In this document: positions 7,989-17,089 of the stretch, one piece after another | Layout of the letters: each line of letters opens with the position of its first letter | Position numbering within the stretch: the stretch's first letter is position 1 | Position numbers and translations under genes: made by a program | Notes under the pieces: generated by a model | What the model was told of the DNA's origin: nothing | The model's input: the letters and a program-made list of their open reading frames with translations, nothing else | Database searches by the model: none | From: Fidelibacterota bacterium | Lineage (GTDB): Bacteria > Fidelibacterota > Marinisomatia > Marinisomatales > JABMOV01 | Reading direction: 5' to 3' | NCBI GenBank assembly: GCA_046861395.1 | Contig: JBHHUC010000035.1 | Location: forward strand, 1 to 21,059 | DNA length: 21,059 bases

Positions 7989-9995
7989 TCAGTACTCCAA
8001 CAATTCACTCAGAGCTTTGGCAATGTCATTCACTTGCGGCAACACCTGTTCTTCCAGAAACCAGTTATAGGGGATAGGACAATCGGCCGCACCCACGCGC
8101 TGTACCGGACCGTCCAGGTATTCAAAACATTCATCCATAATTCGGGCTGTTATTTCGGCCCCGGGACCACCCGTGAGATTATCTTCATGAATAATTACCG
8201 CTTTTCCGGTTTTTTTCACCGATGTTTGAATCATGGTCATATCCAGCGGATTCAATGTGCGTAAATCAATGATTTCGACCCGATCGACCTCCGTCTCCAT
8301 CCTGGCCACCGCTTCCAGTGTGCGCTGCACCAAGGCGCCCCAGGTGATTACCGTTATTTCGTCCCCGGACTGAACCAGGCGGGCCTTTCCGAAGGGCAAT
8401 AAATAATCCTCGCCCGGTTCCTCCGTCGCGGCATATCCCTGGCGATACAGACCTTTATGTTCCAGAAATAATACCGGATCATCCATTCGACAGGCAGCTT
8501 TCAGCAGTCCTTTGGCATCGGCAGCATTGGAAGGATAGGCAATATACACACCCGGTAAATGAAGAAAAAACCCCTCAATGGACTGACTGTGACACAGGGC
8601 ACCGTGAATATATCCTCCCACCGGGATGCGCACCACCACCGGGCAGGTCCAGTCATTGTTGGATCGGTAACGCATGGTGGCCAGCTCATTGCGGATCTGC
8701 ATCATGGCCGTCCAGATATAATCGCCAAATTGTATCTCCACTACCGGTTTATATCCGGACACCGCCATGCCGATCGCGGTACCGATAATGGACGACTCCG
8801 CCAGCGGTGAATTGAAAACCCGATCGCGCCCGAAGGTTTCCGATAATCCCTTTGTGGCGGTAAACACTCCTCCCTTGGGATCGGCGACATCCTGTCCATA
8901 GATTACCATTTTCTCATTCCGGGCCAATTCTTCCCGCAGGGCATGGTTGATTGCATCGACCAGGACAATTCTTTCCGCAATAGGTGAGGGATCCGTTTCG
9001 TCGGTTATGGTTTCAGCGCTGTAAATATGATCCAGAACCTTATCCGGGTCGGGATGATCCTGGGCGTCGGCCCAGTCGGCGGCTTCATCTATTTCTTTCT
9101 TGATGGTCTGACGAAATCCTTCCATTTCTTTTTCCGTGAAGATCCCTGCTTCCTGACAGGCGCGGCCAAACTTCAGGATGGGATCTCGTTGGGCATCCTG
9201 GGATAATTCTTCCTTTTTGCGGTATTTGCGCTGATCATCGGAAGAAGAATGAGGCAATAAACGCACCACATGGCTTACAATCACCGACGGACCTTTACCC
9301 TTTCGGGCCCGCTCCGCCGCCTTGCGAAAGGCCAGCTGTGTTTCAAAGAAATCCGTGCCATCCACATCAAACCGGGCCAGATTCGTGTACCCGGCCACCA
9401 TGGAATACACGGATTTCCCCGATGTCTGTTCGGAAATATGGACACTGATGGCGTATTCGTTATCCTGAATATGGAATAACACCGGCAGCTTGGCCCGACT
9501 GGACCAATTCAGGGCTTCATGGAAATCTCCCTGGCTGGTCGTCCCTTCCCCGCTGGAAACATAGACCACCTCCTTTGTCTGTTCCCGTACGCATCGCAGG
9601 GCCGTACCCACGGCCTGCAGGAACTGGGTGCCGGTAGGACTGGACTGACTTACGATCCGTAAGGCTTTATGTCCGTAATGCTGCGGCATTTGCCGTCCCC
9701 CGGAATTGGGATCATCACGCCGGGCCAGGAAGGAAAGTAATTGTTCCCGCGGTGTCATACCGACCCCCAGACATAATGCTGCATCCCGGTAATATGGATA
9801 GAACCAGTCTTCTCCGGGCCGCAGCACCGATGCCGCTGCCAGTTGTGCGGCTTCATGCCCCGATGATCCGATATGGAAAAAACTCTTTCCCTGTCGAATC
9901 AGAATCATCATTTTCTCGTCCTGGTAACGGGCGGTTACCATTGTGCGATATACATGCGTTAGTTCCCGCTTGGTCAAGCCATGCAAACGACCCAT
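7989..9995 (-). CDS. 2-oxoacid dehydrogenase E1, fused alpha and beta subunits (probably branched-chain type)
   Basis: 668 aa. The alpha part has YPYYRD, SGGRQMPQH, the ThDP motif GEGTTSQGDFHEALN...QDN and PHSSSDD. The beta part has NSPLAESSIIG, EIQFGDY, HSQS and IDLRTLNPLD. Confidence 0.95.
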   Translation of the reverse strand: MGRLHGLTKRELTHVYRTMVTARYQDEKMMILIRQGKSFFHIGSSGHEAAQLAAASVLRPGEDWFYPYYRDAALCLGVGMTPREQLLSFLARRDDPNSGGRQMPQHYGHKALRIVSQSSPTGTQFLQAVGTALRCVREQTKEVVYVSSGEGTTSQGDFHEALNWSSRAKLPVLFHIQDNEYAISVHISEQTSGKSVYSMVAGYTNLARFDVDGTDFFETQLAFRKAAERARKGKGPSVIVSHVVRLLPHSSSDDQRKYRKKEELSQDAQRDPILKFGRACQEAGIFTEKEMEGFRQTIKKEIDEAADWADAQDHPDPDKVLDHIYSAETITDETDPSPIAERIVLVDAINHALREELARNEKMVIYGQDVADPKGGVFTATKGLSETFGRDRVFNSPLAESSIIGTAIGMAVSGYKPVVEIQFGDYIWTAMMQIRNELATMRYRSNNDWTCPVVVRIPVGGYIHGALCHSQSIEGFFLHLPGVYIAYPSNAADAKGLLKAACRMDDPVLFLEHKGLYRQGYAATEEPGEDYLLPFGKARLVQSGDEITVITWGALVQRTLEAVARMETEVDRVEIIDLRTLNPLDMTMIQTSVKKTGKAVIIHEDNLTGGPGAEITARIMDECFEYLDGPVQRVGAADCPIPYNWFLEEQVLPQVNDIAKALSELLEY

Positions 9996-10649
9996 TTAAT
10001 GCTCCTTCGAATCGAAAATCTCAATGAATTTGTCTGCCAAAACCGGAATGACGTCCGGCACTTTTACCCTGCGATCCAGGACCCGGGACATGGATGTCAC
10101 ACCAAACTCAAAAATACCACAGGGTATGATGCCGGCATAATGTGTCAGGTTCGGATTCACATTCAGGGCGAAACCATGCATGGTTACCCAACGCGTTATT
10201 CTCACCCCCAATGCGGCGATTTTTTCATCATCCACCCAGACGCCCGTCAGCCCATCCTTGCGCCCGGCCGTAATACCGAATTCTCCGAGGGACCGGATAA
10301 TCACTTCTTCCAGCGTGCGCATGTACCAACTGACACTCCGTCGATAATGGTGTAGATCCAGAATGGGATAACCCACCAACTGACCTGGACCATGATAGGT
10401 CACATCTCCACCTCGTTCAATATGGAACGTTTTAATCTCATTCTCCTCTGTCGCAATGATATGGTTGACATCGGCGTTCTTGCCCAGCGTATACACTGGC
10501 TCATGCTCCACCAGAAGCAACGCATCCGGATGCGTACCGGCAATCACCTGGGACTGGATATTCTTTTGCAGCTCCCAGGCCTCGGCATAATCCATTTGCC
10601 CCAGGTTCCGGATCAAAATTGACGCTTTGGCTGTTGCCCAATTATTCAT
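9996..10649 (-). CDS. lipB: Octanoyltransferase (lipoyl/octanoyl transferase)
   Basis: EHEPVYTLG, RGGDVTYHGPGQLVGYPI, KIAALG, HGFALN and catalytic IIPCG. Confidence 0.97.
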   Translation of the reverse strand: MNNWATAKASILIRNLGQMDYAEAWELQKNIQSQVIAGTHPDALLLVEHEPVYTLGKNADVNHIIATEENEIKTFHIERGGDVTYHGPGQLVGYPILDLHHYRRSVSWYMRTLEEVIIRSLGEFGITAGRKDGLTGVWVDDEKIAALGVRITRWVTMHGFALNVNPNLTHYAGIIPCGIFEFGVTSMSRVLDRRVKVPDVIPVLADKFIEIFDSKEH

Positions 10650-10749
10650 TAGTGGTATGCACGGACACTATTCTCAATGACAATTGACGACGTACGGTTG
10701 ATGATTTATGCTTTGACCGATCATTTATGAATATTCCGCAATCATTATT

Positions 10750-12141
10750 CTATTGGTGCACAGCTTGACCATAGGCATCAAGGGCTGCCTCCATAATCGC
10801 TTCTGACAAAGTCGGATGGGCGTGAACCGTTGTAGCTATTTCCTCCCAGGTTGTTTCTAGAGCTCGGGCGACACTCAGTTCGGCAATCATTTCCGTCGCT
10901 TCCGTTCCGATAATATGACACCCCAGCAATTCACCATATTCATCATCAAAAATAATTTTTACAAAACCTGTTGATTCGCCCATTGCCAAAGATTTTCCGT
11001 TGGCACGGAACGGAAACCGCCCAACCCTGATTTTCCGTCCCTCTTCCAGTGCTTTTTCTTCGGTTAAGCCCAGCGATGCCACCTGGGGCTGGCAATAGGT
11101 ACAACCGGGAATATTTTGATAATCAAGTGGTGCCGGTTCTCCCCCAGCGGCATGTTCCACAGCCACATGTCCCTGGGCCGAAGCTACATGGGCCAGCCAG
11201 GGCGGTCCGGTGACGTCCCCGATGGCATATACCCCCGCCACGGAAGTACGACAATACTCATCCACCACGATGGCGCCCCGTTCCACAGCAATGCCCACCT
11301 TCTCCAATCCCAGATTTTCCACATTCCCGGTAACGCCGACCGCCACCAACGCATAATCGGATTCCAGAATATCCGTTTCCGACCCGGATTGAATATGAAC
11401 TTTCACTTTTGTTTTCAGACGTTGGATTTTATTGACGGTTGTGCCCGTCTTGACGACAACCCCGGATTTGATAAAGGATTTTTCAAGTTCACGCGATATT
11501 TCTCTGTCTTCCACCGGCAAGACCCGGTCCTGCATTTCCACTAGATAGACCTTGGTCCCAAACATGGCATAAAAATAGGCGAATTCCACGCCAATGGCAC
11601 CGGCTCCGATGATGGTCAGGGACCGGGGTGGTTTGTCCAAGACCAGCGCCTGGCGGGAACCGATCACCCGCTTGGCATCAATTTCCAGTCCCGGGAAAGT
11701 CTGAGGCCGACCACCAGAGGCGATCACGATATTTTTTGCCGTGAGAGGATGTACCGGCTCCGGGGACTCAATGCGGACGGTATGACGGTCAATCAGTTTT
11801 GCCCGGCCGTTATAGACGTCAATACCATTTTTTTTCATCAGGAATTGCACCCCTTTGGACAAACGGTCAGCAACACCGCGGCTGCGCTGAATGACCTTGG
11901 CAAAATCCATGGTATATTCCGGGATCGTAATCCCAAAACGACCGGCTTGTTTGACCAGTTGCAGTACTTCGGCATTGCGCAGGAGGGCCTTGGTTGGAAT
12001 ACAACCCCAGTTCAGGCAAATTCCGCCTAATCGTTCTTTTTCTACAATGGCGGTTTTCAGTCCCAACTGGGCCGCACGTATGGCTGCTACATAGCCACCG
12101 GGGCCACCCCCGATAATGATGATATCATATTGATCTGCCAT
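10750..12141 (-). CDS. lpdA: Dihydrolipoamide dehydrogenase (E3)
   Basis: FAD motif GGGPGGYVAA, redox disulfide GGICLNWGCIP, NAD motif GAGAIGVE and C-terminal HAHPTLSE. Confidence 0.97.
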   Translation of the reverse strand: MADQYDIIIIGGGPGGYVAAIRAAQLGLKTAIVEKERLGGICLNWGCIPTKALLRNAEVLQLVKQAGRFGITIPEYTMDFAKVIQRSRGVADRLSKGVQFLMKKNGIDVYNGRAKLIDRHTVRIESPEPVHPLTAKNIVIASGGRPQTFPGLEIDAKRVIGSRQALVLDKPPRSLTIIGAGAIGVEFAYFYAMFGTKVYLVEMQDRVLPVEDREISRELEKSFIKSGVVVKTGTTVNKIQRLKTKVKVHIQSGSETDILESDYALVAVGVTGNVENLGLEKVGIAVERGAIVVDEYCRTSVAGVYAIGDVTGPPWLAHVASAQGHVAVEHAAGGEPAPLDYQNIPGCTYCQPQVASLGLTEEKALEEGRKIRVGRFPFRANGKSLAMGESTGFVKIIFDDEYGELLGCHIIGTEATEMIAELSVARALETTWEEIATTVHAHPTLSEAIMEAALDAYGQAVHQ

Positions 12142-12152
12142 GGTTGTCCCGT

Positions 12153-12731
12153 TCAGCGAATATTATGGAAACCGATGATACTGAGAAACTCCGTCCGCGT
12201 CTCATATTCATCATGAAATTCACCCAGCATGGCCGAGGTAGTGGCATAACTGTTCTGTTTTTCCACACCTCGCATTTGCATGCACATGTGACGACCTTCC
12301 AGAATGACGGCTACACCGTGTGGATCAAGGACGGTCTGGAGTGTTTCGGCAATCTGGTGTGTGAGTCGTTCCTGGACCTGTAATCGACGGGAAAACATAT
12401 CGATGATGCGGGGGATTTTCGAGAGACCAATGACTTTTTTATTCGGTAAATAACCCACATGTGCTTTCCCCATGAAGGGTAACAAATGATGTTCACACAT
12501 ACTGAAAAATTCAATATCGCGTACAATAACCATTTCACTACAGTCTTCATGGAAAATTGCCTGGTTAATAATATCATCCAGGTTTTCCCGGTATCCTTTG
12601 GAAAAATAGTCCCAGGCCCTGGCTACCCGCAGAGGCGTCCGCACCAGTCCTTCCCGGGTTGGATCTTCCCCGATTTCCTCGAGCAGGGAACGGGTCAGGA
12701 ATTGGAGATGTTCAAGATGGTTTTCTGTCAT
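12153..12731 (-). CDS. folE: GTP cyclohydrolase I
   Basis: [45 protein letters not shown] and HMCMQMRG. Confidence 0.97.
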   Translation of the reverse strand: MTENHLEHLQFLTRSLLEEIGEDPTREGLVRTPLRVARAWDYFSKGYRENLDDIINQAIFHEDCSEMVIVRDIEFFSMCEHHLLPFMGKAHVGYLPNKKVIGLSKIPRIIDMFSRRLQVQERLTHQIAETLQTVLDPHGVAVILEGRHMCMQMRGVEKQNSYATTSAMLGEFHDEYETRTEFLSIIGFHNIR

Positions 12732-13435
12732 AATAATTCCTCTACAATGTTAGGGCGCTCCCAGGTTTCTTCCGGGTCGTCATGAATTTTATCTTTTAGG
12801 ATATATACGCCCAAATAGAAAAAAGGTGTATCCAGCAAGGCCACGATAACCTTGAACAGAAATCCGTTCATCAACAGCATGGTGAACCGGGACCATTCAA
12901 TGGCTCCAGCCAGACATAACAGGATCAGTACGGAGGCCGTATCAACCAATTGTGAAACAACCGTCGAACCGTTATTACGCAGCCATAAGTGTTTTCCCTT
13001 GGTCAATCGCTTCCAAAAATGAAAAATTCGGATATCGATGAACTGGGCAATCAGGTAAGCAACCATGGAGGCGAATACGGCGGGTCCGTATAATCCAAAT
13101 ACGCGGGAAAACGTTTCCCTGTCCACCGGGGACCAGTCAGTGGCGGTGGCGGCATTGGCCAACAGGATGATGGCCATGACAAATACACTGGCAATCAGTC
13201 CGGCCCAGACCACGGCATCGGCCCGCTTGCGGCCATATAATTCAGAGACCAAATCGGTCACCAGAAAGGTAACCGGATAGGGGATAATACCTACCGAAAT
13301 CTCAAAGGTATACAGGCCGAAAGGGGACCATTGAAAAAATTTCTGAAAAATCAGATTGGCTGACACCAGTGATGCGATGAATATGCCGGCAAAGATCAGA
13401 TAAAGCCGGTTTTTAAAATCCACTGTCGTCCCCAT
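12728..13435 (-). CDS. yhhQ: Queuosine precursor (preQ0/preQ1) transporter, YhhQ/DUF165 family
   Basis: 235-aa membrane protein with [33 protein letters not shown] and [17 protein letters not shown]. It lies between the PTPS gene and folE. Confidence 0.9.
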   Translation of the reverse strand: MGTTVDFKNRLYLIFAGIFIASLVSANLIFQKFFQWSPFGLYTFEISVGIIPYPVTFLVTDLVSELYGRKRADAVVWAGLIASVFVMAIILLANAATATDWSPVDRETFSRVFGLYGPAVFASMVAYLIAQFIDIRIFHFWKRLTKGKHLWLRNNGSTVVSQLVDTASVLILLCLAGAIEWSRFTMLLMNGFLFKVIVALLDTPFFYLGVYILKDKIHDDPEETWERPNIVEELL

Positions 13436-13832
13436 AATAATCGGTAAAAATTGTCGGCGTTTCTATCAGTCGTATGCGATGTAATCGGGGACCTTTTAGC
13501 CGTTTACTGATTTCCTCCCATATAAATTGTACCATATTCTCCGAAGATGGCTGTTTACCCTTGAACCAGGGAATGTCTTTTTCGATCTGACTGTGATCCA
13601 GTTTGGCCAGCACATGCTCGTTCACAATAGTCTTTAATTCGCCCAGATCCACGCAGAAACCGGTCTGGGGATCAACCGGACCCGTTACCGTCACCTGTAG
13701 GGTGTAATTATGTCCGTGGACGCGGGCATCCGGACCAAATACTTCCCGGTTTTTTTCCTGTGTCCAAGTCCGTTGGCCATATTGATGGGCGGCACAAAAA
13801 CTGAAACTCTTGGTTAAAAAAGGATAGTTCAT
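13413..13832 (-). CDS. queD: 6-pyruvoyl-/6-carboxy-tetrahydropterin synthase family protein (T-fold) with an atypical active site
   Basis: FCAAH, HGHNY, LDHS, PSSENM and IETP motifs. The residue four positions before HGH is Asp rather than Cys, so true QueD activity is uncertain. Confidence 0.85.
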   Translation of the reverse strand: MNYPFLTKSFSFCAAHQYGQRTWTQEKNREVFGPDARVHGHNYTLQVTVTGPVDPQTGFCVDLGELKTIVNEHVLAKLDHSQIEKDIPWFKGKQPSSENMVQFIWEEISKRLKGPRLHRIRLIETPTIFTDYYGDDSGF

Positions 13833-13936
13833 TTATTTGTATCCTGCAATTAATTAGTGATTGTGAATTTAGTTGCAATACAGGAAACGAAAAATTGAAA
13901 TCTCATTTACTGCGTTTTGAGTCGCTTACAGGACCT

Positions 13937-14578
13937 TTACGGCGATGAAGGACACAGATCGCGAAGGAAGCAGATTTGGCACTGAGGTCGTCGGGCAATA
14001 CATACTTTCCGCCCGTGATCAATGATCCGGTGCGTCAGTGATACCCAGTTTTCAGGGTCAAACAAGTCCATCAATTCCAGCTCAATTTTTTTCGGATCAT
14101 GACTTGAAGAGAGACCCAGTAAATTCATAATACGTATCATGTGAGTATCAATCACCATGGCAGGCACGGAAAAACATTCCCCCAACACACAGTTTGCTGT
14201 TTTCCGTCCAACACCCGGCAGCGTTAACAGGTCAGCCATGTTATCCGGAACACGACCCTCATACTCTTCCACAATTTTCAGGCAGGCGCCGATAATGTTG
14301 CGTGCTTTTTGATTGTGGTAGCCGCAGGAATGTATATCGCTAGCCAGTTCATGTATATCCGCATAGGCCAGGGCTTCAACAGAGGGATATTTCCGGAACA
14401 GTCCGGGTGTAACTTTATTTACCCGTTCATCAGTACACTGGGCCGAGAGAATGGTGGCCACCAGTAATTCATGGGGGGACTGATAATGCAATGAACATTT
14501 GGCATCCGGATATGCCTTTCCCAGTCGGACTCTAATTTCTTCGGCGCGATGTTTCAGGGAAGTATCAGTCCGGGACAT
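13937..14578 (-). CDS. nth: Endonuclease III (DNA glycosylase/AP lyase)
   Basis: LVATILSAQCTDERVN, HhH motif LPGVGRKTAN, IDTH and the 4Fe-4S motif CIARRPQCQICFLRDLC. Confidence 0.97.
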   Translation of the reverse strand: MSRTDTSLKHRAEEIRVRLGKAYPDAKCSLHYQSPHELLVATILSAQCTDERVNKVTPGLFRKYPSVEALAYADIHELASDIHSCGYHNQKARNIIGACLKIVEEYEGRVPDNMADLLTLPGVGRKTANCVLGECFSVPAMVIDTHMIRIMNLLGLSSSHDPKKIELELMDLFDPENWVSLTHRIIDHGRKVCIARRPQCQICFLRDLCPSSP

Positions 14579-14921
14579 GCTTTCGCACCATTTTCAATAG
14601 CGACGGAATATTTTTCAGCAATGAAGACTGGGGCAGGATGAGTTCACAGCCGGCAGCTGTCAATTTATCAATTGTCTCTTTATGGGGCAGTTTCATGAAA
14701 CCTGTCAGTAATTGATGCTTGTTGAGATGCCGCAATTGGGACATGAACAATACTGTTCCCTGTTCCGGCTGATCACAATCCACAATGGTCAGATCAGCTT
14801 TCTTCACAATTTCCGATTCCAGATTTTCTCCAAAATCGATGGTTGCCATTTCATAGGTCAATTTATCGGCCACCCTCGTACCCAATTCAAAGTCCTTGAT
14901 AAAGAGACAAACGCGGATCAT
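14565..14921 (-). CDS. Single-domain CheY-like (atypical receiver) protein
   Basis: 118 aa with an alternating beta/alpha pattern, DLTIVD at the beta3 position and AAGCELILP at alpha4-beta5. The conserved Lys-Pro is absent. It overlaps both neighbours. Confidence 0.6.
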   Translation of the reverse strand: MIRVCLFIKDFELGTRVADKLTYEMATIDFGENLESEIVKKADLTIVDCDQPEQGTVLFMSQLRHLNKHQLLTGFMKLPHKETIDKLTAAGCELILPQSSLLKNIPSLLKMVRKHVPD

Positions 14922-15274
14922 ACTGTTCTCACTTTCGGAGTCCGAGAAAAATCCACTTCTTCAATGTGATTGACATAATGTAAATGCTCCGCCCAGTGCT
15001 GTGCCGATTGGATGAATTCCGGCATGGATATCCTGTGCCATAGCGCTGGAGCCGACTCCCACTTGGATAACGCTTTGGCCACCATACTGCGGGCGCCTTT
15101 CAAATTTCCCTGATAGGCGTGAAAGACGGAGACCGCTACCTGGATAAATCCTTGAAGAATTCTGCGATCAGCAAGTGCGGGATCGGACCATAATTCTTCC
15201 CATATTTCATGGGCTTCATAATATTCTTCCCGCTGAAAGGCTTGCAGCCCTTCCTCAAAGGATAAACTCACCAT
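14918..15274 (-). CDS. DUF309 family protein
   Basis: The signature F...EYYEAHEIWEELW...LQGFIQVAVSVFH...GNLKGA is present. Confidence 0.88.
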   Translation of the reverse strand: MVSLSFEEGLQAFQREEYYEAHEIWEELWSDPALADRRILQGFIQVAVSVFHAYQGNLKGARSMVAKALSKWESAPALWHRISMPEFIQSAQHWAEHLHYVNHIEEVDFSRTPKVRTV

Positions 15275-15275
15275 A

Positions 15276-16118
15276 TCAAATCACAACTCCTTCCTTTAGC
15301 GCAAAATGTTTCCCGGAATACTGTACGGTCCCGGCGGCCAGATTGGGATCATGCTCAAAGAACAAGATCCAGTTTTCATCCACCATCCGTGGCAACAACG
15401 CTTTCTTTTCCTCGATTGTGACCATCGGTTGGATATCATAAGCCATGACCCAGGGAATGGGAATGTGGGCCGCCATGGGAAACAAATCGCCGCCATAGAA
15501 AATGGTACGACTGGTGTCGCGGATAATGGGATGCATTTGCCCTAGTGTATGTCCATGTGAAAACAAGATATCAATATCCGGCAGGAAAGGTTCTTCCCGC
15601 GCAATAAATTGAATCATTCCATTTTCCGCCAGAACTTTCCAATCAGCCTCCATGAAGCTGCCCTGGTCCTTTTCCGAAGGACTGGTAGCCAGATCCCAGT
15701 TCTTTTTCGTCATCCAATAGGTGGCGTTGGGAAACACCGGTTCCGTTTTTCCGTCAATTATTGTTGTATTGCCACCGATATGATCAAAATGAAGGTGGGT
15801 GCAGATAACATCCGTAATGTCCTCCGGAGAAACATCCCGTGCGGCCAGTGATTCCGCCAAATTGACGGTCTCGGTATCAATGGAATAAATGGCCTTGAAT
15901 TTTTCCTGCCACTTATCACCGTTTCCCGTATCCACAATGATTTTCCTGTCATCGCTGACCAGGAGCAGCGACCGGGTTACCATCTTGATGCGGTTTTTAT
16001 CATCGGCGGGAGCTTTCTTTTCCCAAAGCGTCTTGGGTATAATGCCAAACATGGCACCGCCATCCAAACCAAATTCACTGGTTTTAATACTGTAACAGGT
16101 ATAAGGTCCAATCTTCAC
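15276..16118 (-). CDS. MBL-fold metallo-hydrolase (YtnP-like)
   Basis: LDGGAMFGIIPKTLW, VDTG, metal motif THLHFDHIGG, GHT, GDL, WVMAYD and FEHD. The GTG start overlaps the upstream stop (GTGA). Confidence 0.92.
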   Translation of the reverse strand: MKIGPYTCYSIKTSEFGLDGGAMFGIIPKTLWEKKAPADDKNRIKMVTRSLLLVSDDRKIIVDTGNGDKWQEKFKAIYSIDTETVNLAESLAARDVSPEDITDVICTHLHFDHIGGNTTIIDGKTEPVFPNATYWMTKKNWDLATSPSEKDQGSFMEADWKVLAENGMIQFIAREEPFLPDIDILFSHGHTLGQMHPIIRDTSRTIFYGGDLFPMAAHIPIPWVMAYDIQPMVTIEEKKALLPRMVDENWILFFEHDPNLAAGTVQYSGKHFALKEGVVI

Positions 16119-17035
16119 GTTTCAATTCCCTCTTCCAATCGGTGAGCAAGAACATTAATATAATCTTCCGGCGTAACCCGGACAAGAAATCTGATGGCGT
16201 CCAATAAGACAATCCGCTGCGGAAAAAGATGGTCTTCCCCGGCCGAGATAAGATGGATGAAGAAATGCCCACCCTGTCGTTTATAGCGGTGTAAATCGGT
16301 ATAAAACTTTGCGGTGGGTATCGTTGTCCCGGAGTAAATATCCGACCGGTGTTCCTGCAACCAGACCGATAATTTACGCCGGATATTCGCCTGCCGAACT
16401 GATTCGAATTGCCATAATCGATACACGGCCGCAAATGCAATCAAGTCCTCTAATGACATAGCGTGAAACGCGCCCGGTAGCAGGTCATCAGGTGTCACTT
16501 CCGCGCCGGAAGTGGTCGGTGGCAGCTGCTTGTGTGACAATCGGTCCAGACCGGCCAGTATAAATTGCCATAGCGATTCCGGCGGCTGGTAAAATACCGA
16601 AGCTCGTAATAAATGATAGAAAAACAATGCATGAGTTGCCGGTTCATGCAAACCGGTTTCCGTCATGATCTCCAGGACGCTGCCCTTATGTTCCGCTGCC
16701 CAGTACAGATCCCCGGCGCAGCGTTCTGCTTCCTCTCGTTGTCCCTTAAGAATGGCATCCTCCAGATCCATCGTGAATACCGCACCACGGGCAAATTGCT
16801 CGGACGGATCAGGGTTTGTTTTCCAATCACGGTATTTAAAGAATCCTGATAAATAGGATTCTACCCAGGATTTAAGATCTTTCGGTACATTTTCCCGATC
16901 ATCCCCCAGAATATTTTTCAATGCATTGATGACAATGACAGGATGGATTTCCGAATCTGCCCGGCACTGCACGGCCCGGTCTAGAGCGGAGCGAAGAAAC
17001 GATGCCAGTGCACTGGGGTCGAAAGTTTGATTCAT
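16115..17035 (-). CDS. Hypothetical, predominantly alpha-helical protein
   Basis: 306-aa ORF with an ATG start and a 4-nt overlap with the MBL gene. I recognise no motif. Confidence 0.8.
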   Translation of the reverse strand: MNQTFDPSALASFLRSALDRAVQCRADSEIHPVIVINALKNILGDDRENVPKDLKSWVESYLSGFFKYRDWKTNPDPSEQFARGAVFTMDLEDAILKGQREEAERCAGDLYWAAEHKGSVLEIMTETGLHEPATHALFFYHLLRASVFYQPPESLWQFILAGLDRLSHKQLPPTTSGAEVTPDDLLPGAFHAMSLEDLIAFAAVYRLWQFESVRQANIRRKLSVWLQEHRSDIYSGTTIPTAKFYTDLHRYKRQGGHFFIHLISAGEDHLFPQRIVLLDAIRFLVRVTPEDYINVLAHRLEEGIET

Positions 17036-17089
17036 AAGACGGTAATGGCCCCAGTTATCTTCGTTTCCTGGCCATAGAAATCGTGAGAA

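Noticed and set aside
7988..8008. ORF-track N-terminal extension of E2 (MNCWSTD)
   Set aside because: It overlaps the E1 3' end. The lipoyl domain begins at MKLDIVMP (ATG 7987).
10650..10749. Terminator or sRNA between lpdA and lipB
   Set aside because: There is just a weak TAGTG/CACTA 5-bp pairing and no GC-rich stem with a U-tract.
13833..13936. preQ1 riboswitch or Rex operator upstream of the PTPS-yhhQ-folE genes
   Set aside because: I see no preQ1-I stem with its A-rich tail. TTGTGAA-TTTA-GTTGCAA (13861-13878) has just one good Rex half-site, and it overlaps the putative -10 box.
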